A stretch of DNA of 64,000 nucleotides from an uncultured beta proteobacterium (lineage in GTDB: Bacteria > Pseudomonadota > Gammaproteobacteria > Burkholderiales > Casimicrobiaceae), in contig CAWHEN010000010.1 of the NCBI GenBank assembly GCA_963828595.1, positions 29,048 to 93,047 of the forward strand, written 5' to 3'. The translations under genes and the position numbers were made by a program. Shown here piece by piece: positions 10,598-21,078 of this stretch. A model generated the notes under the pieces. It was not told where the DNA came from and made no database searches. It was given only the letters and a program-made list of their open reading frames with translations. Numbering within the stretch: position 1 is the stretch's first letter; each line of letters begins with the position of its first letter.

Positions 10598-11924
10598 CTA
10601 CGTCGGCGTCCATTCGCGGGCGAGCCTCTGCGCCTCGGCGATCTGGGACAGCGTCATCTTTTTGGCCACGATGTCGCGGTTCTTGCTGGCATGGCTGCGC
10701 TTCTCGGCTTCGGAAGGCAGAAACCGGGAGGCGGCGAGGTTGAGCCACCGATGGCCTTCGACATAGTTCTGCGGAACGCCTCGGCCATAGTAGTACATGA
10801 TGCCGAGATTGAGCTGAGCGGCGGCGTCCCCCTGATCGGCCGCCTTGCGATACCACTGCACCGCCTCGGCGTAGTCTTGTTTCACGCCATAGCCGTTTTC
10901 GTACGCGGCTCCCAGACTGAACTGGGCGCTCGCATTGTTTTGATCGGCCGCGGCGCGGAACCACTTGAGGGCCTCCAAATAGTCCCTGGGCGCACCCTGA
11001 CCGATCTCGCACATGACGCCGAGGTTGTATTGGGCAACGGCGAATCCCTGCTCGGCCGCCTTGCGAAACCACTCGCGTGCCTCGGCGTAGTCCTGCTCAG
11101 CGCCCTGGCCACTTTCGTACAAGACCCCAAGGTTGTTCTGGGCGTGAGCGTAGCCTTGCTCGGCGGCCTTGCGATACCACTTCGCTGCCTCCGCATGGTC
11201 CTGCGGCGTTCCGCGTCCGCGCTCGTACAGGTAGGCGAGACTGTTCTGGGCGAGTGCGAAGCCACGATCGGCCGCTTTGCGGAACCACTGAGGGCCTCGG
11301 CGTAGTTTTGAGCCACACCGCGACCGCGCTCGTACATGACGCCGAGATTGTGCTGGGCGCGGGGAATCCCCTGGTCAGCGGCCCGGCGATACCACCTGAC
11401 CGCCTCGACGTCGTCCTGTGGCAGCCCGCGCCCGCTTCGTACATGAAACCAAGGTCGTTCTGGGCTCGAGCATGGTCCTGATCCGCGGCCTTGCGATACC
11501 AGGTGACGGCCTCGCCATAATCCGGTGGTAAGCCCTGACCGCTTTCGTAATCACACCGAGGTCATTCTGCGCGTGCGCGTAACCCAGCAGCGCGGCTTTG
11601 CGATACCACTTCGCGGCTTCGGCATGGTCCTGAGGCATGCCCTCGCCAACGCTGTACATTTTGGCGAGCGCGTACTGGGCGCGGTCTGATAACCCTGGTG
11701 GGCGGCCTTGCGATACCACGAAAGCGCTTCGTCAGCGTCCTTCGGCACGCCCTGGCCGGCGCTGTACATGCGGGCGAGCGCGTACTGGGCGGGGGCATAA
11801 TCCTATCGGCAGCCTTGCGATACCACAACATCGCTTCGGCCGCGTCCTGCGGCACGCCCTTGCCCTGCGCATACATCAAGGCGAGGTCATAGTGCAAGCT
11901 GGCTTCGCCCGGGATGGAGAGCAC
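10598..11924 (-). pseudogene. Sel1-like repeat (SLR/TPR-like) protein, about 12 repeats, split by about 6 frameshifts
   Basis: Repeated 36-aa units (..AQ.NLG.MYE.G.GV.QDYAEA..WYRKAA.QG..) recur in all three minus frames from 11924 down to the intact tail ORF 10598-1122. Confidence 0.8.
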
Positions 11925-12072
11925 CAGTCGCAGCGGGGGGAAGTTCGAAATCAGGTGATCTGGGTCACGGTCGGGCTTTCCACATCAGTATCGATCGTTC
12001 AGAGGCGCGACGGCAACTCGGATCGATCGACAATTCTGACCACATCCATTTCTGTGGTCAACTAATTATTCG

Positions 12073-14099
12073 CTACGAGATCGATGGCGAATCGCATTCG
12101 TTCGGTGCTTGTCGCCAGCCGCGAGGAGCCGCGTGGCTGGCCTGCATGTACATGAGGTGGATCGCCCCGATTGTTCCGGCTTTGGTCCACCGGCTGACGT
12201 CAGTCGACGCTATCGGTGGTACGCAGGCGCTCGCATTGGGCATGCGATGCCCACCGGCGCTGGCTGCACTGCATTTGCATGCAGCGGTACAGCGAGAATT
12301 GCGTGCGCGGACCGCAGGCCTCGCGCGGACTGGCCGGGGCGCGCGAGGCATGTCGCTGTGCCACGCGCGTTGGGGGCGGGGCAAGGGCAGGCGGCTGCGC
12401 GACTGCAGCCGGTTCGGCCGTCGCGGCGATAGCTGCGGCCGCCAGCGTCGCGCGGTTGGGGCTGGCAGAGGACGCAGGCGCGGTGGCGCCGGCGGTGAGT
12501 CCGCGGCGGTTGGCTCCTTCGGCGTCGGTTTCGTACCCGGCGTCCGCGGCAATCGGGGCGCTGGCAGGAGATGCGGGCGCCGTGGCGCTCGACGACTCCG
12601 CGGCGGTGGTCTCTATCGGCGTCGAATTCGCAGCCCCGGCGTTCGCGGCAATCGGGGCGCTGGCAGGAGAAGCGGGCGCGGTGGCGCTCGAGTCCGCGGC
12701 GGTTGGCTCCGCCGGCATGGGCTTCGCGCCTCCGGCGTCCGCAGCAATCGGCGGTGTCACCGGCGCTGCAGGGCCACGGGGGACGCGGACTCCGCGGCGC
12801 TGTCCCCGGCACCCGTGCCGCGGCTGATGCCAAGGACATCGAGCACGCGCCCGAACTGGCGTTCCTGATGAAACTCATCCATGCCGATAAGCAGCAGCGC
12901 CACCAGCACCAGCACCGCACCGCTCCACCTCGCGATGCGTCCAGGCTTGGGCGCTTGGCGTGCGAAGCCGACCGCAACGATGGATCAAGATCGATGCGAG
13001 CGATGCCGGAGTTGCCAGAGGGTCGGGATCGGGCGAGAGCGCCACCAGGGTATCGAAATCTTGCGCCACAGGGGGCGGCTCCGCGGGCTGCGGGGCCTCG
13101 GGGCCGGCGACGATGGCACAGCATCGATCAGCACAGGGGCGGGGGTCCGTGCCGCGCTGGCGGGCCACCTGCGGCCGGACGGCGCGACCCCAAGCGTGCG
13201 CGCATCTGCGCGACGCTTTGGGGCCGCTCGGCGGGATAGATGGACAAAGCGCTGTCGAGCGCGTCCAGCAGCGATGCGCTGTAGTGCAGCCGCGGCCAGG
13301 TCAGGCGCAGCCGTTGCACGGTGTCTGCGAGTCTTTCGCGCCGTGGGGTGCGGGGCGCGCCGAAGGCCGGCGCGGGCAACTGCCCGCTCATCCAGTAGCG
13401 CGCGACGCCGGCCAACGCGTAGAGGTCGACCGAGGGACGGAGCGGAATGTCGGCCGATTCGACCATCTGCTCGATCGGCGCGAAGCAGGGTTCCGCGCTG
13501 GTCATCAGCGCGTCGATCCGGTCGCCGGCGATGCCCGGCCCGCCGCGGCGGGGCCCAGCAGCAGCGGTCGGTTGTCGGCCAGCAGCAAAATATTCGACGG
13601 CGTGACCTTGCCGTGACCTCCCCCTGCGTGGTGAAACGCCTCCAGCGCGCCTAGCAGCGCGTCGAGCAGCGCGCGCACTGCCTCCTCGTCGGGTGGTTCG
13701 TTCATGCTCCCGCGCACCTCGAGGAGCCGCCTGCCCAGGTAGCGCGGCATGACGCGGTAGGCGGTTCCATTGGCTTCCCATAGGCGCGCGATGCGCACCA
13801 GCGACGGATGGGCGCATCGGGCCAGCGTTCGGGTTTCATTGATGAAGGCCTTCAGCCCTTTTGCAAAGGCATCGGCCTGCGCGGAGGTCCGTGGCGTGAC
13901 CTGTCGCTTCATGATTACGCTGCGCAAGTCTCGCCGGCATGTACTCCGCGATCGCCACCGGGGCCGCGCGAGCGCGGTCCGTGGCCGCGTAGACGATCAC
14001 GGCGCTGCCCTCGCCGATGACTTCCCCAACCTCGAACTCGTCCAGCCAAGCACCTGCGGGTAAGGCGCGGGCAGCCGACGCGATGGGGCTGTCAGGCAC
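12073..14099 (-). pseudogene. membrane-anchored Ser/Thr protein kinase homolog with degenerate catalytic motifs and a Pro/Ala-rich repeat ectodomain; several frameshifts, 3' end uncertain
   Basis: Kinase-fold segments in 13836-14099, 13505-13927 and 13128-13817 (..EFEVGEVIGEGSAVIVY..VAIAEYMP..; ..HHAGGGHGKVTPSNILL..; ..FAPIEQMVES..DLYALAGV..). TM helix WSGAVLVLVALLLIGM encoded near 12880-12930. PA-rich repeats at 12440-12775. Confidence 0.65.
12440..12775. repeat. about 3.4 tandem copies of a 96-99 bp (33 aa) coding repeat
   Basis: GCGGCAATCGGGGCGCTGGCAGGAGA recurs at 12546 and 12645, with a variant at 12741. Translated on the minus strand it gives ..ATAPASPASAPIAA(N/D)AG... Confidence 0.75.
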
Positions 14100-14525
14100 T
14101 CTTCGTTCAATGCAGCGGGTGGCGGCTCTGGAAAGTTCATGCGTATCGATCGGCCAAGACTTGGATTCAGCTTGGTCCCGCTTGGTTCGACTCGATGCCG
14201 TGCGGGAGCCATAAATTTCCTGGGCTAAAGGGTCATGCTTGCCGCGCTGGGCCCGACAATCCTAGCAAAAACATCGGAGCCTGCCTCTTCAATGGCCGCC
14301 TCGCTCTATTCGATGGGCCAAGATTGGGCTATCGTGGGTCCCTCCGCTCACACGCTCAAGCTGTTTTCAAAGATCCGAATCAGCATGAAATTGACCAGCG
14401 AAGGCAAATTCGACCAGCAAAAGGCTTCTGCTCCGTTCCGCGTAGGCGGATGCAGCAGATCCGCTTCGTCAACGGCAGGCGGCCTCCGGACTTCACCGCG
14501 GCATCCGACAACGGCGAATTAACCG

Positions 14526-15015
14526 ATGCCACACGGCGCGTCCGCTCCGGCTATCGCGCGTTCCGACGGCGTGGACACTGCGAAAACGCCGGTCGTCGTC
14601 ACCGGCGTGATCGGCTCCGATACGCACATCGTCGGCAACCGCATCCTGTCGATGGCGCTCGAGCAGGCGGGGTACAAGGTCGTCGCGCTGGGCGCGCTCA
14701 CGCCGGCGACCGAATTCATCAAGGCGGCCATCGAGACAAACGCCGACGCGATTCTCGTGTCGTCGCTCTACGGCCAGGGCGAGCTCGATTGCCGCGGGTT
14801 CCGCGACCTGTGCATCGAAGCAGGGCTCGACGGCCATCCTCCTCTACGTCGGCGGCAATCTCGTCGTCGGCAAGCAGGCGTGGCCCGAGGTCGAGAAACG
14901 GTTTCTCGACATGGGATTCGACCGCGCGGCGTCGCCGGGAACGCGCATCGAAACGGTTCTCGCGTGGCTCGCCGAGGACCTCGCGCAGTCGCAAGCGCGC
15001 AACGCGGACGGGTGA
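14526..15015 (+). CDS. glmS: glutamate mutase (methylaspartate mutase) sigma subunit, B12-binding; one frameshift near 14832
   Basis: ..[31 protein letters not shown].. (DxHxxG-type B12 loop). After LDG the homology continues in the +1 frame as [30 protein letters not shown].. to TGA 15013-15015. Confidence 0.85.
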
Positions 15016-15019
15016 GGCG

Positions 15020-16439
15020 ATGACGACAGCCGCGCTGTTGATCGACTTCGGCAGCACGTACACGAAGCTGCGCGCGATCGACCTCGATCGGCGGCGCATC
15101 CTCGGCTCGGGCCAGGGCCCGTCGACCGTCACGACCGACATCATGATCGGCATGAAGGCGAGCCTCGCCGACCTCGAACGGCGCCTCGGCGGCTTGCCGC
15201 GCTTCAAGTACCGGCTCGCCTCGAGCAGCGCGGCGGGGGGGTTGCGCATGGTGACCGTCGGGCTCGTGCGCGAGCTCACCGCCGAGGCGGCGCGCCGCGC
15301 GGCGCTCGGCGCCGGCGCGAAGCTCGTCGGCGCGTTCGCGTACCGGCTCACCGAAAGCGACGTCGAGCGCATCGTCGCGCTCGCACCCGACATCCTGCTG
15401 CTTGCCGGCGGCACGGACGGCGGCAACAGCGACGTCATTCTGCACAACGCCGAAGTGCTCGGCCGCAGCGCGCTGGCGTGCACTGTCGTGCTCGCCGGCA
15501 ACCGCAACGCGGCCGACGACGCGCGGGCGGCGCTCGCCGGCAGGGAAGTGCTGGCGACCGAGAACGTGATGCCGGAGTTCAACGTGCTCCACATCGAGCC
15601 CGCGCGCGCGGCGATCCGCCAGGTATTCATCGACCGCATCGTGCACGCCAAAGGGATCGACCGCGCGCACGCGGAATTCGATCGCGTGCTGATGCCCACG
15701 CCGGCGGCGGTGCTCGAAGGCGCGCGGATGCTCGCCGACGGCTGCGACGGGATCTCCGGCCTCGGTCCGTTGCTCGTCGTCGATCCGGGCGGCGCCACGA
15801 CCGACGTGCATTCGGTGGCGAGCGGAGAGCCTTCCGCTCCCGGCGTGATCGTGCAGGGCTTGCCCGAGCCGCGCGTGAAGCGCACCGTCGAAGGCGACCT
15901 CGGGATGCGTCACAACGCGGCGAACATCGTCGAGCTCGTCGGCGTCGATGCGATCGCCGCGGAAGCGGGGCTCGACGCCGCGGCGCGTCAACGCGCTGGT
16001 TACCGAGATCTCGGACGATTTCGACCGCCTTCCGCGGACGGCCGACGAGATCGCCCTCGACCAGGCGCTGGTCTGTGCCGCCGTCAAACATGCGGTGATG
16101 CGGCATTGCGGCACGGTGGACACCGTCTACACGGTGACCGGTCCGGTTGCCGTGCAGCACGGGAAGGACCTGTCCGAGGTCAGCGCGGTGATCGGCACCG
16201 GCGGTGCGCTGGTCCACAGTCCGGATCCCCGCTCGGTGCTGGAGACGGCGCTCGCCGACCCCGCCATGCCCCGTTCGCTGCGGCCGAAAGCGCCGAAGCT
16301 CTTGCTCGACCGGCACTATTTGCTGTATGCCTGCGGCTTGCTCGGGACCGTCGAGCCGCAGGCGGCGCTCGAGCTCGCGCTCGCAAACCTCGATGCCATG
16401 GAAAGGAGTCCCTCGGTTGAACGCGCCGTCATCGCCTGA
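15020..16439 (+). CDS. glmL: glutamate mutase accessory/reactivating protein GlmL (MutL); one frameshift near 15985
   Basis: [22 protein letters not shown].. and ..[15 protein letters not shown].. (ASKHA-fold motifs). Continues in frame 15948-16439. Confidence 0.85.
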
Positions 16440-17914
16440 AGCGACGCGCCGCCCGCTGTCCGAGGAGCGGATCCCGGACGACGTGTTCGCGGAGATGCGG
16501 CGCGAGAACCTCGCGCGCTGGTCTACCGGCAATGGCGTCGACTTCGACGAGGCCGTCGCGTTGCAGCGGGCGCTCCCCGAGCACAAGCAGCTCGGCCGCG
16601 TCATGCGCCGCGCGGTCGCCGAGAGGCGCTGCCTCACGCAGCCGCGCGGCGGCTTCGGCACATTCGAGATGCAGCGCGAGTTGATGGTGACGCTCGATCG
16701 CGACGGCCACGCCGACATCGTGCCGACGACGACCGACAGCTACACGCGCAACGAGCAATGGGACCTCGCGCAAAAAGGCATCGAGGAATCCGAGCGCCTG
16801 GGGCGCTCGATGCTCAACGGCTACCCGATGGTCAACTACGGTGTGGCGCGCGCGCGCGAGCTGATCGCGGCGATCGACAAGCCGGCGATCATGCTGACCG
16901 GCACGACGATGCCGAAGCTCACCAGCGAAATCGCTTTCGCCGGCGGGTACTCGGGTTACCTCGGCTCCGGCATCGCGTACACGACCTCGTACATCAAGGA
17001 GCTGTCGATCGAGGACGGCGTCCGCAACTACCAGTACCTCGATCGTCTCGCCGCGATGTACGCCGAACACGGCGTCGAGCTGCACCGGCGCCAGCCGGGC
17101 TTTCTCACCGGCACCAACATTCCGCCGTGCATCGCGATCGCGACCTGCGTGCTCGATTGCCTGCTCGCGGCCGCGCAGGGCGTGAAGAACTACGGCCTCG
17201 AGATGGGCGAGACGATGCACCTCGTGCAGGACGCCGCCGCGGTCGCCGCCTGTCGCGAGCTGTGCCAGGAGTACCTCGCGCGAAAAGGCTATTGCCGACG
17301 TCTTCACCTCGGTGACGCTGCTGCACTGGATGAGCGCGTGGCCGCAGGACGAGGCGCAGGCGGCGGCGCTGCTCTGCTACGGCGGCACGCTCGCGGCGGT
17401 GAGCGGCGCCGCGAGCGTCACGACCAAGTCGACCCACGAGGCGTTCGGCATTCCGACGCCGCAGGCCAACGCGGAAGGCCTGCGGATGACCCGGATGGCG
17501 ATCTATCTCGCGCGCGATATCCGGCTCGACGGGCTGCCGGCGTACGAGCAGGAAAGGACGCTGATCGGCCGTGAAGTGCGCGCGATCGTCGACAAGGTGC
17601 TCGAGATGGGCGACGGCGACGCCGCGGTCGGCTCCGTGCGCGCCTTCGAGGCGGGCGTCATGGACGTGCCGTGGTCGCCGAACCGGCATTGCAAAAGCCG
17701 CGTGCTGCCGGCGCGCGACGTCGATGGATGCCTGCGCATTCTCGATCCCGGGCTGATGCCGTTTCCGCGCGACATTCTCGAGTTGCACGAGGAGCGGCTG
17801 CGCAAGCGCGCGGAACGCGACCGGATCGCGTTCGGGCCGGATCTCGCCGTGCAAAGCGTCTACGAAATGTCGGAGCCGGTCGAAAAGCTGCTGCCGGACC
17901 GGTGGATGCGATGA
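16417..17914 (+). CDS. glmE: glutamate mutase epsilon (catalytic) subunit; TTG start after GAAAGGAG; one frameshift near 17291
   Basis: ..WSTGNGVDFDEAV..TQPRGGF..TTDSYTRNEQWDLAQKGIEESERLGRSMLNGYPMVNYGV.. parallels Clostridium GlmE as I recall it. The C-terminal half is in frame 17312-17914. Confidence 0.9.
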
Positions 17915-19032
17915 GCGACATCGCGCTGTTCGACCGCATCGACGTTCACCGGCTCCGCATCCCGCTGGTCACGCCCTACCGGCTTGCGTTCGGCCCGGTC
18001 GACCATTTCGACACCATCGTCGTCGAGATCACCGATCGCGATGGACGCGTGGGCCTGGGCGAAGCCACGGTGCTGACCGGGTATACCGACGAGACGATCG
18101 ACGACAGCTGGCGCGTCGCGCGCGACTTCGCGTCGCAACTTGCGACCATGGACGCCGGTTTCGCGTTCGATACCATCGCCACGCTGGGCGCTCGATACCC
18201 GTTCACGGCGACGGCGTTCGGCTCGGCGCTCGAAATGCTCGCCGGCAGTGCCGCGCTCGACGTGCGCGAGACGATGCGCGTCCCGTTGCTGGGGCTGCTC
18301 AATGCGGAGCACGAGGAGGCGATCGCCGCCGAATTCGAGCAGCTTCTCGCCGCGGGATTCCGCACGATCAAGGTCAAAGTGGGCTTCGACGCCGTGCGCG
18401 ACGCGCAGCGCGTGCGCGCCGTGCAGCGCGTCGTCGCCGGTCGGGCTCGCATCCGGGTCGACGCGAACCAGGGCTATACCGCCGACGAAGGCGTCGCGTT
18501 CGTGCAAGCGCTCGATCCCGCCGACATCGAGCTCTTCGAGCAGCCGTGCGCGGCCGGCGACTGGGACGCGCACCTCGCCGTCGCGCGCGCCGCGTCGGTG
18601 CCGATGATGCTCGACGAGTCGATCTACGGGCTCGACGACATCGACCGCGCGGCGGAGCTTGGCGCCGCGCGCTACATCAAGGTCAAGCTGATGAAGCTCG
18701 GCACGCTCGAGCGGCTCGCCGCGGCGATCGCGCGTATCAACGCGCTCGGCATGCGCGCGGTGCTCGGCAACGGCGTCGCGTGCGACCTCGGCTGCTGGAT
18801 GGAAGCGTGCGTCGCCGCGCGCGCGATCGACAACGCGGGCGAGATGAACGGCTTCCTCAAGGCGCGCAGCGGACTTCTCACCACGCCGCTCGAATTCGAG
18901 GCCGGGGCGATCGTGCTCAGGCCCGGGTTCGCGCCGCGCCTCGATCATGGGCGCATCGCGCCATACCGCGTCGACTCCGCCGGTTTCGCGCGCACGGGCG
19001 CCGCGATTGCCGTGCGGGAGACGAACCAGTGA
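17911..19032 (+). CDS. enolase-superfamily enzyme of the MR/MLE (dipeptide-epimerase / muconate-cycloisomerase-like) type, not methylaspartate ammonia-lyase
   Basis: ATGA overlap with the glmE stop. Motifs FRTIKVKVG (KxK), IRVDANQGY, ELFEQP, MMLDES and YIKVKLMKLG match the MLE-subgroup ligand/base pattern. Confidence 0.85.
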   Translation: MSDIALFDRIDVHRLRIPLVTPYRLAFGPVDHFDTIVVEITDRDGRVGLGEATVLTGYTDETIDDSWRVARDFASQLATMDAGFAFDTIATLGARYPFTATAFGSALEMLAGSAALDVRETMRVPLLGLLNAEHEEAIAAEFEQLLAAGFRTIKVKVGFDAVRDAQRVRAVQRVVAGRARIRVDANQGYTADEGVAFVQALDPADIELFEQPCAAGDWDAHLAVARAASVPMMLDESIYGLDDIDRAAELGAARYIKVKLMKLGTLERLAAAIARINALGMRAVLGNGVACDLGCWMEACVAARAIDNAGEMNGFLKARSGLLTTPLEFEAGAIVLRPGFAPRLDHGRIAPYRVDSAGFARTGAAIAVRETNQ

Positions 19033-20016
19033 AGGCGGTGACGATCGCCCGCTTCGGCGGTCCGGACGTGCTCGAATTGAGCGACGTCGCACACGCCGGC
19101 GCCGCGCCCGGGCGAGGCGCTGGTCGAGCTCGAATGTGCAGGCGTCAACTTCATCGACATCTACATGCGCAGCGGCCAGTACGCGCGCTCGCACACCTAT
19201 CAGACGCCGCTGCCGATGACGCTCGGCATGGAAGGCGGCGGCGTCGTGGCCGCGCTGGGTGAGGGCGTGACCGATTTCTCGGTCGGCGATCGCGTCGCGT
19301 ACTGCATCGTGCGGGGCAGCTATGCCCAGTTCGCCTCGGTGCCGGCCGCGCGGCTGGTCCCGATTCCGGCCCACGTGCCGATGACGATCGCGACCGCGCT
19401 GATGCTGCAGGGGTTGACCGCGCATTACCTGTCGCATTCAGCGTATTCGCTCGGCCCGGGGAAGACCTGCCTCATCCACGCCGGCGCGGGGGGCGTCGGT
19501 CAGCTGCTGATCCAGCTCGCGAAGCTGCGCGGCGCGACGGTGATCGCGACCGTGGGCAGCGAGGAAAAGGCGGCGGTCGCCCGCGAACGCGGCGCCGACC
19601 ACGTGGTTCTCTATCGGGACGTGGATTTCCGCGACGAGGTGAAGCGACTCACCGACGGCCGCGGCGTCGATGTCGTCTACGACGCGGTCGGCCGCGACAC
19701 GATCGCGCTCAGCATCCGCAGCCTCGCGCGGCGCGGCCTGTGCGTAAACTACGGCGGCGCGTCGGGACTGGTCGCGTCGATCGAGCCGCTCGAGCTGGCC
19801 GAAGCGGGGTCGGTATACTTTACGCGCCCGCACCTTGCGGACTATATTGCGTCGGCGGCCGAGTTGCGTGGACGTGCGGCCGACCTGTTTGCTGCGTACG
19901 CGGCCGGCACGCTCGCCGTGACGATCGACCAGGAGCTGCCGCTCGCCAACGTGGCCGACGCGCATCGCTGGCTCGAGGCGCGCCACACGAAGGGGAAGCT
20001 GCTGCTGGACGTGTGA
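19029..20016 (+). CDS. NADPH:quinone oxidoreductase / zeta-crystallin-like MDR; GTG start overlapping the upstream stop; one frameshift near 19100
   Basis: VKAVTIARFGGPDVLELSDV.. then, after the shift, ..PGEALVELECAGVNFIDIYMRSGQY.. and AGAGGVGQLLIQLAKLRGA (Rossmann motif). Confidence 0.85.
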
Positions 20017-20078
20017 GACCGGGCATTTCGCAGCAGAGGGCGGGCAACGAACGAGATACATACACGAAGGAGGAGAGA

Positions 20079-21050
20079 ATGAGACTTGCCAGATTGTCAC
20101 AGCGTGCGATGCGCGTGCTTCTCGCTTGCGTTGTCGCGTTCATGGCGTGCGTCGCAACAGCGCAGGAGAAATATCCGTCGCGCCCGATCGAGTTCATCGT
20201 TCCGTGGGGTCCCGGTGGCGGCGCCGACCAGGTCGCTCGCAAGTCCGGCAAGATGATGGAGGATGATCTCAAAGTGTCGTTCCCGGTGGTCAACGTTCCG
20301 GGCGCTACGGGCAATACCGGCATGGCCAAGCTGCTCGCCGCGCAGCCGGACGGCTATTCGATCTCGGTGATGACGTGGGACACGTATGCACTCCTCGCGA
20401 CGAATCCGGCGACGCGCTGGTCGCTCAAGGACATCATCCCGGTCGCGCTGATGATCAAGCAGCCGTCGGCGTTCATGACTGCAACGAACGGCAATCTGAA
20501 GACGTGGGCCGATGTCGAGCGCGAGGCAAAGACGCGGCCGCTGAAGGTGGCCGTAACCGGTTTCGGAAGCCCCGACGACATCACCGTCAATTATTTCGTC
20601 GCGCGCGGGCTTAAATTGATCGCGGTCCCGTTCGCCAATCCCGGCGAGCGCTATACCGCCGTTCTCGGTGGACACGCCGACCTCCTGTACGAGCAACTCG
20701 GAGACGTGCGCAGCTTTCTCGACAGCAAGCAGATCCAGCCGGTGATCATTTTTGCCGAGAAGCGCTTCAGTGTATTCCCGGACGTGCCCGCATCGAAGGA
20801 GCTCGGCTTCGACATCACGCTGCCGCAGCGGCGAGCGGTGATCATGAAGGCGGGTACGGATCCCGCGAAAGTGAAGGTCATTTCCGACGCGCTCGCGAAG
20901 GTCGCGGCGAGCCCGGAGTACAAGACGTACCTGCAGGAACAATACGCAACCGACGACAGCTACTTCGCCGCGGCGGACGCGGCGAAGATCATGGAGGAAG
21001 ATCTCGCGCAGATGAAGCGGTTCGCCGCGGAGACCGCGGCGAAGAAATGA
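20079..21050 (+). CDS. tctC: tripartite tricarboxylate transporter (TTT) substrate-binding protein, Bug/TctC family
   Basis: Signal peptide, then ..YPSRPIEFIVPWGPGGGADQVARK.. and ..VVNVPGATGNTG.., hallmarks of Bug proteins. GAAGGAGG RBS at 20066-20073. Confidence 0.9.
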   Translation: MRLARLSQRAMRVLLACVVAFMACVATAQEKYPSRPIEFIVPWGPGGGADQVARKSGKMMEDDLKVSFPVVNVPGATGNTGMAKLLAAQPDGYSISVMTWDTYALLATNPATRWSLKDIIPVALMIKQPSAFMTATNGNLKTWADVEREAKTRPLKVAVTGFGSPDDITVNYFVARGLKLIAVPFANPGERYTAVLGGHADLLYEQLGDVRSFLDSKQIQPVIIFAEKRFSVFPDVPASKELGFDITLPQRRAVIMKAGTDPAKVKVISDALAKVAASPEYKTYLQEQYATDDSYFAAADAAKIMEEDLAQMKRFAAETAAKK

Positions 21051-21078
21051 CTTTTGTAATCCCTATACCCCGCATGCG

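Noticed and set aside
12037-12060. The palindrome TGACCACA-tccatttc-TGTGGTCA between the kinase homolog and the Sel1 gene, as a regulatory site.
   Set aside because: It is a single 8-bp-arm hairpin just after the probable end of the kinase homolog. It is most simply a terminator-like stem, and nothing else supports a specific operator role.
10598-12775. A CRISPR array or other non-coding repeat array, suggested by the periodic DNA.
   Set aside because: The periodicities (108 bp and 99 bp) translate into Sel1 repeats and a Pro/Ala repeat inside ORFs. There is no repeat/unique-spacer alternation and no cas genes.
14100-14525. A cobalamin riboswitch or small gene in the 425-bp lower-GC region upstream of glmS.
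   Set aside because: I could not find a B12-box-like core or the conserved GGGAA/GCCACUG-type elements by eye. The small ORFs (29 aa, 95 aa) have no RBS or coding character. I treat the region as a divergent promoter region. An Infernal scan would settle it.
14195-16420. The 741-aa track ORF, and other very long ORFs lying opposite known genes (for example 20989-23145, 58467-60809, 31765-33825, 17860-19437, 14768-16123, all on the minus strand).
   Set aside because: These are typical high-GC shadow ORFs. They are Arg/His/Asp/Gly-rich low-complexity translations with no recognisable domains, and they fully overlap genes with strong homology on the other strand or frame. The 741-aa ORF is non-coding leader fused in frame to glmL.
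17911-19032. Calling the gene after glmE methylaspartate ammonia-lyase by position.
   Set aside because: The sequence does not resemble MAL as I recall it. It carries the KxK / D-E-D / K pattern of MR/MLE-type enolase-superfamily members, so I kept it as a separate finding.
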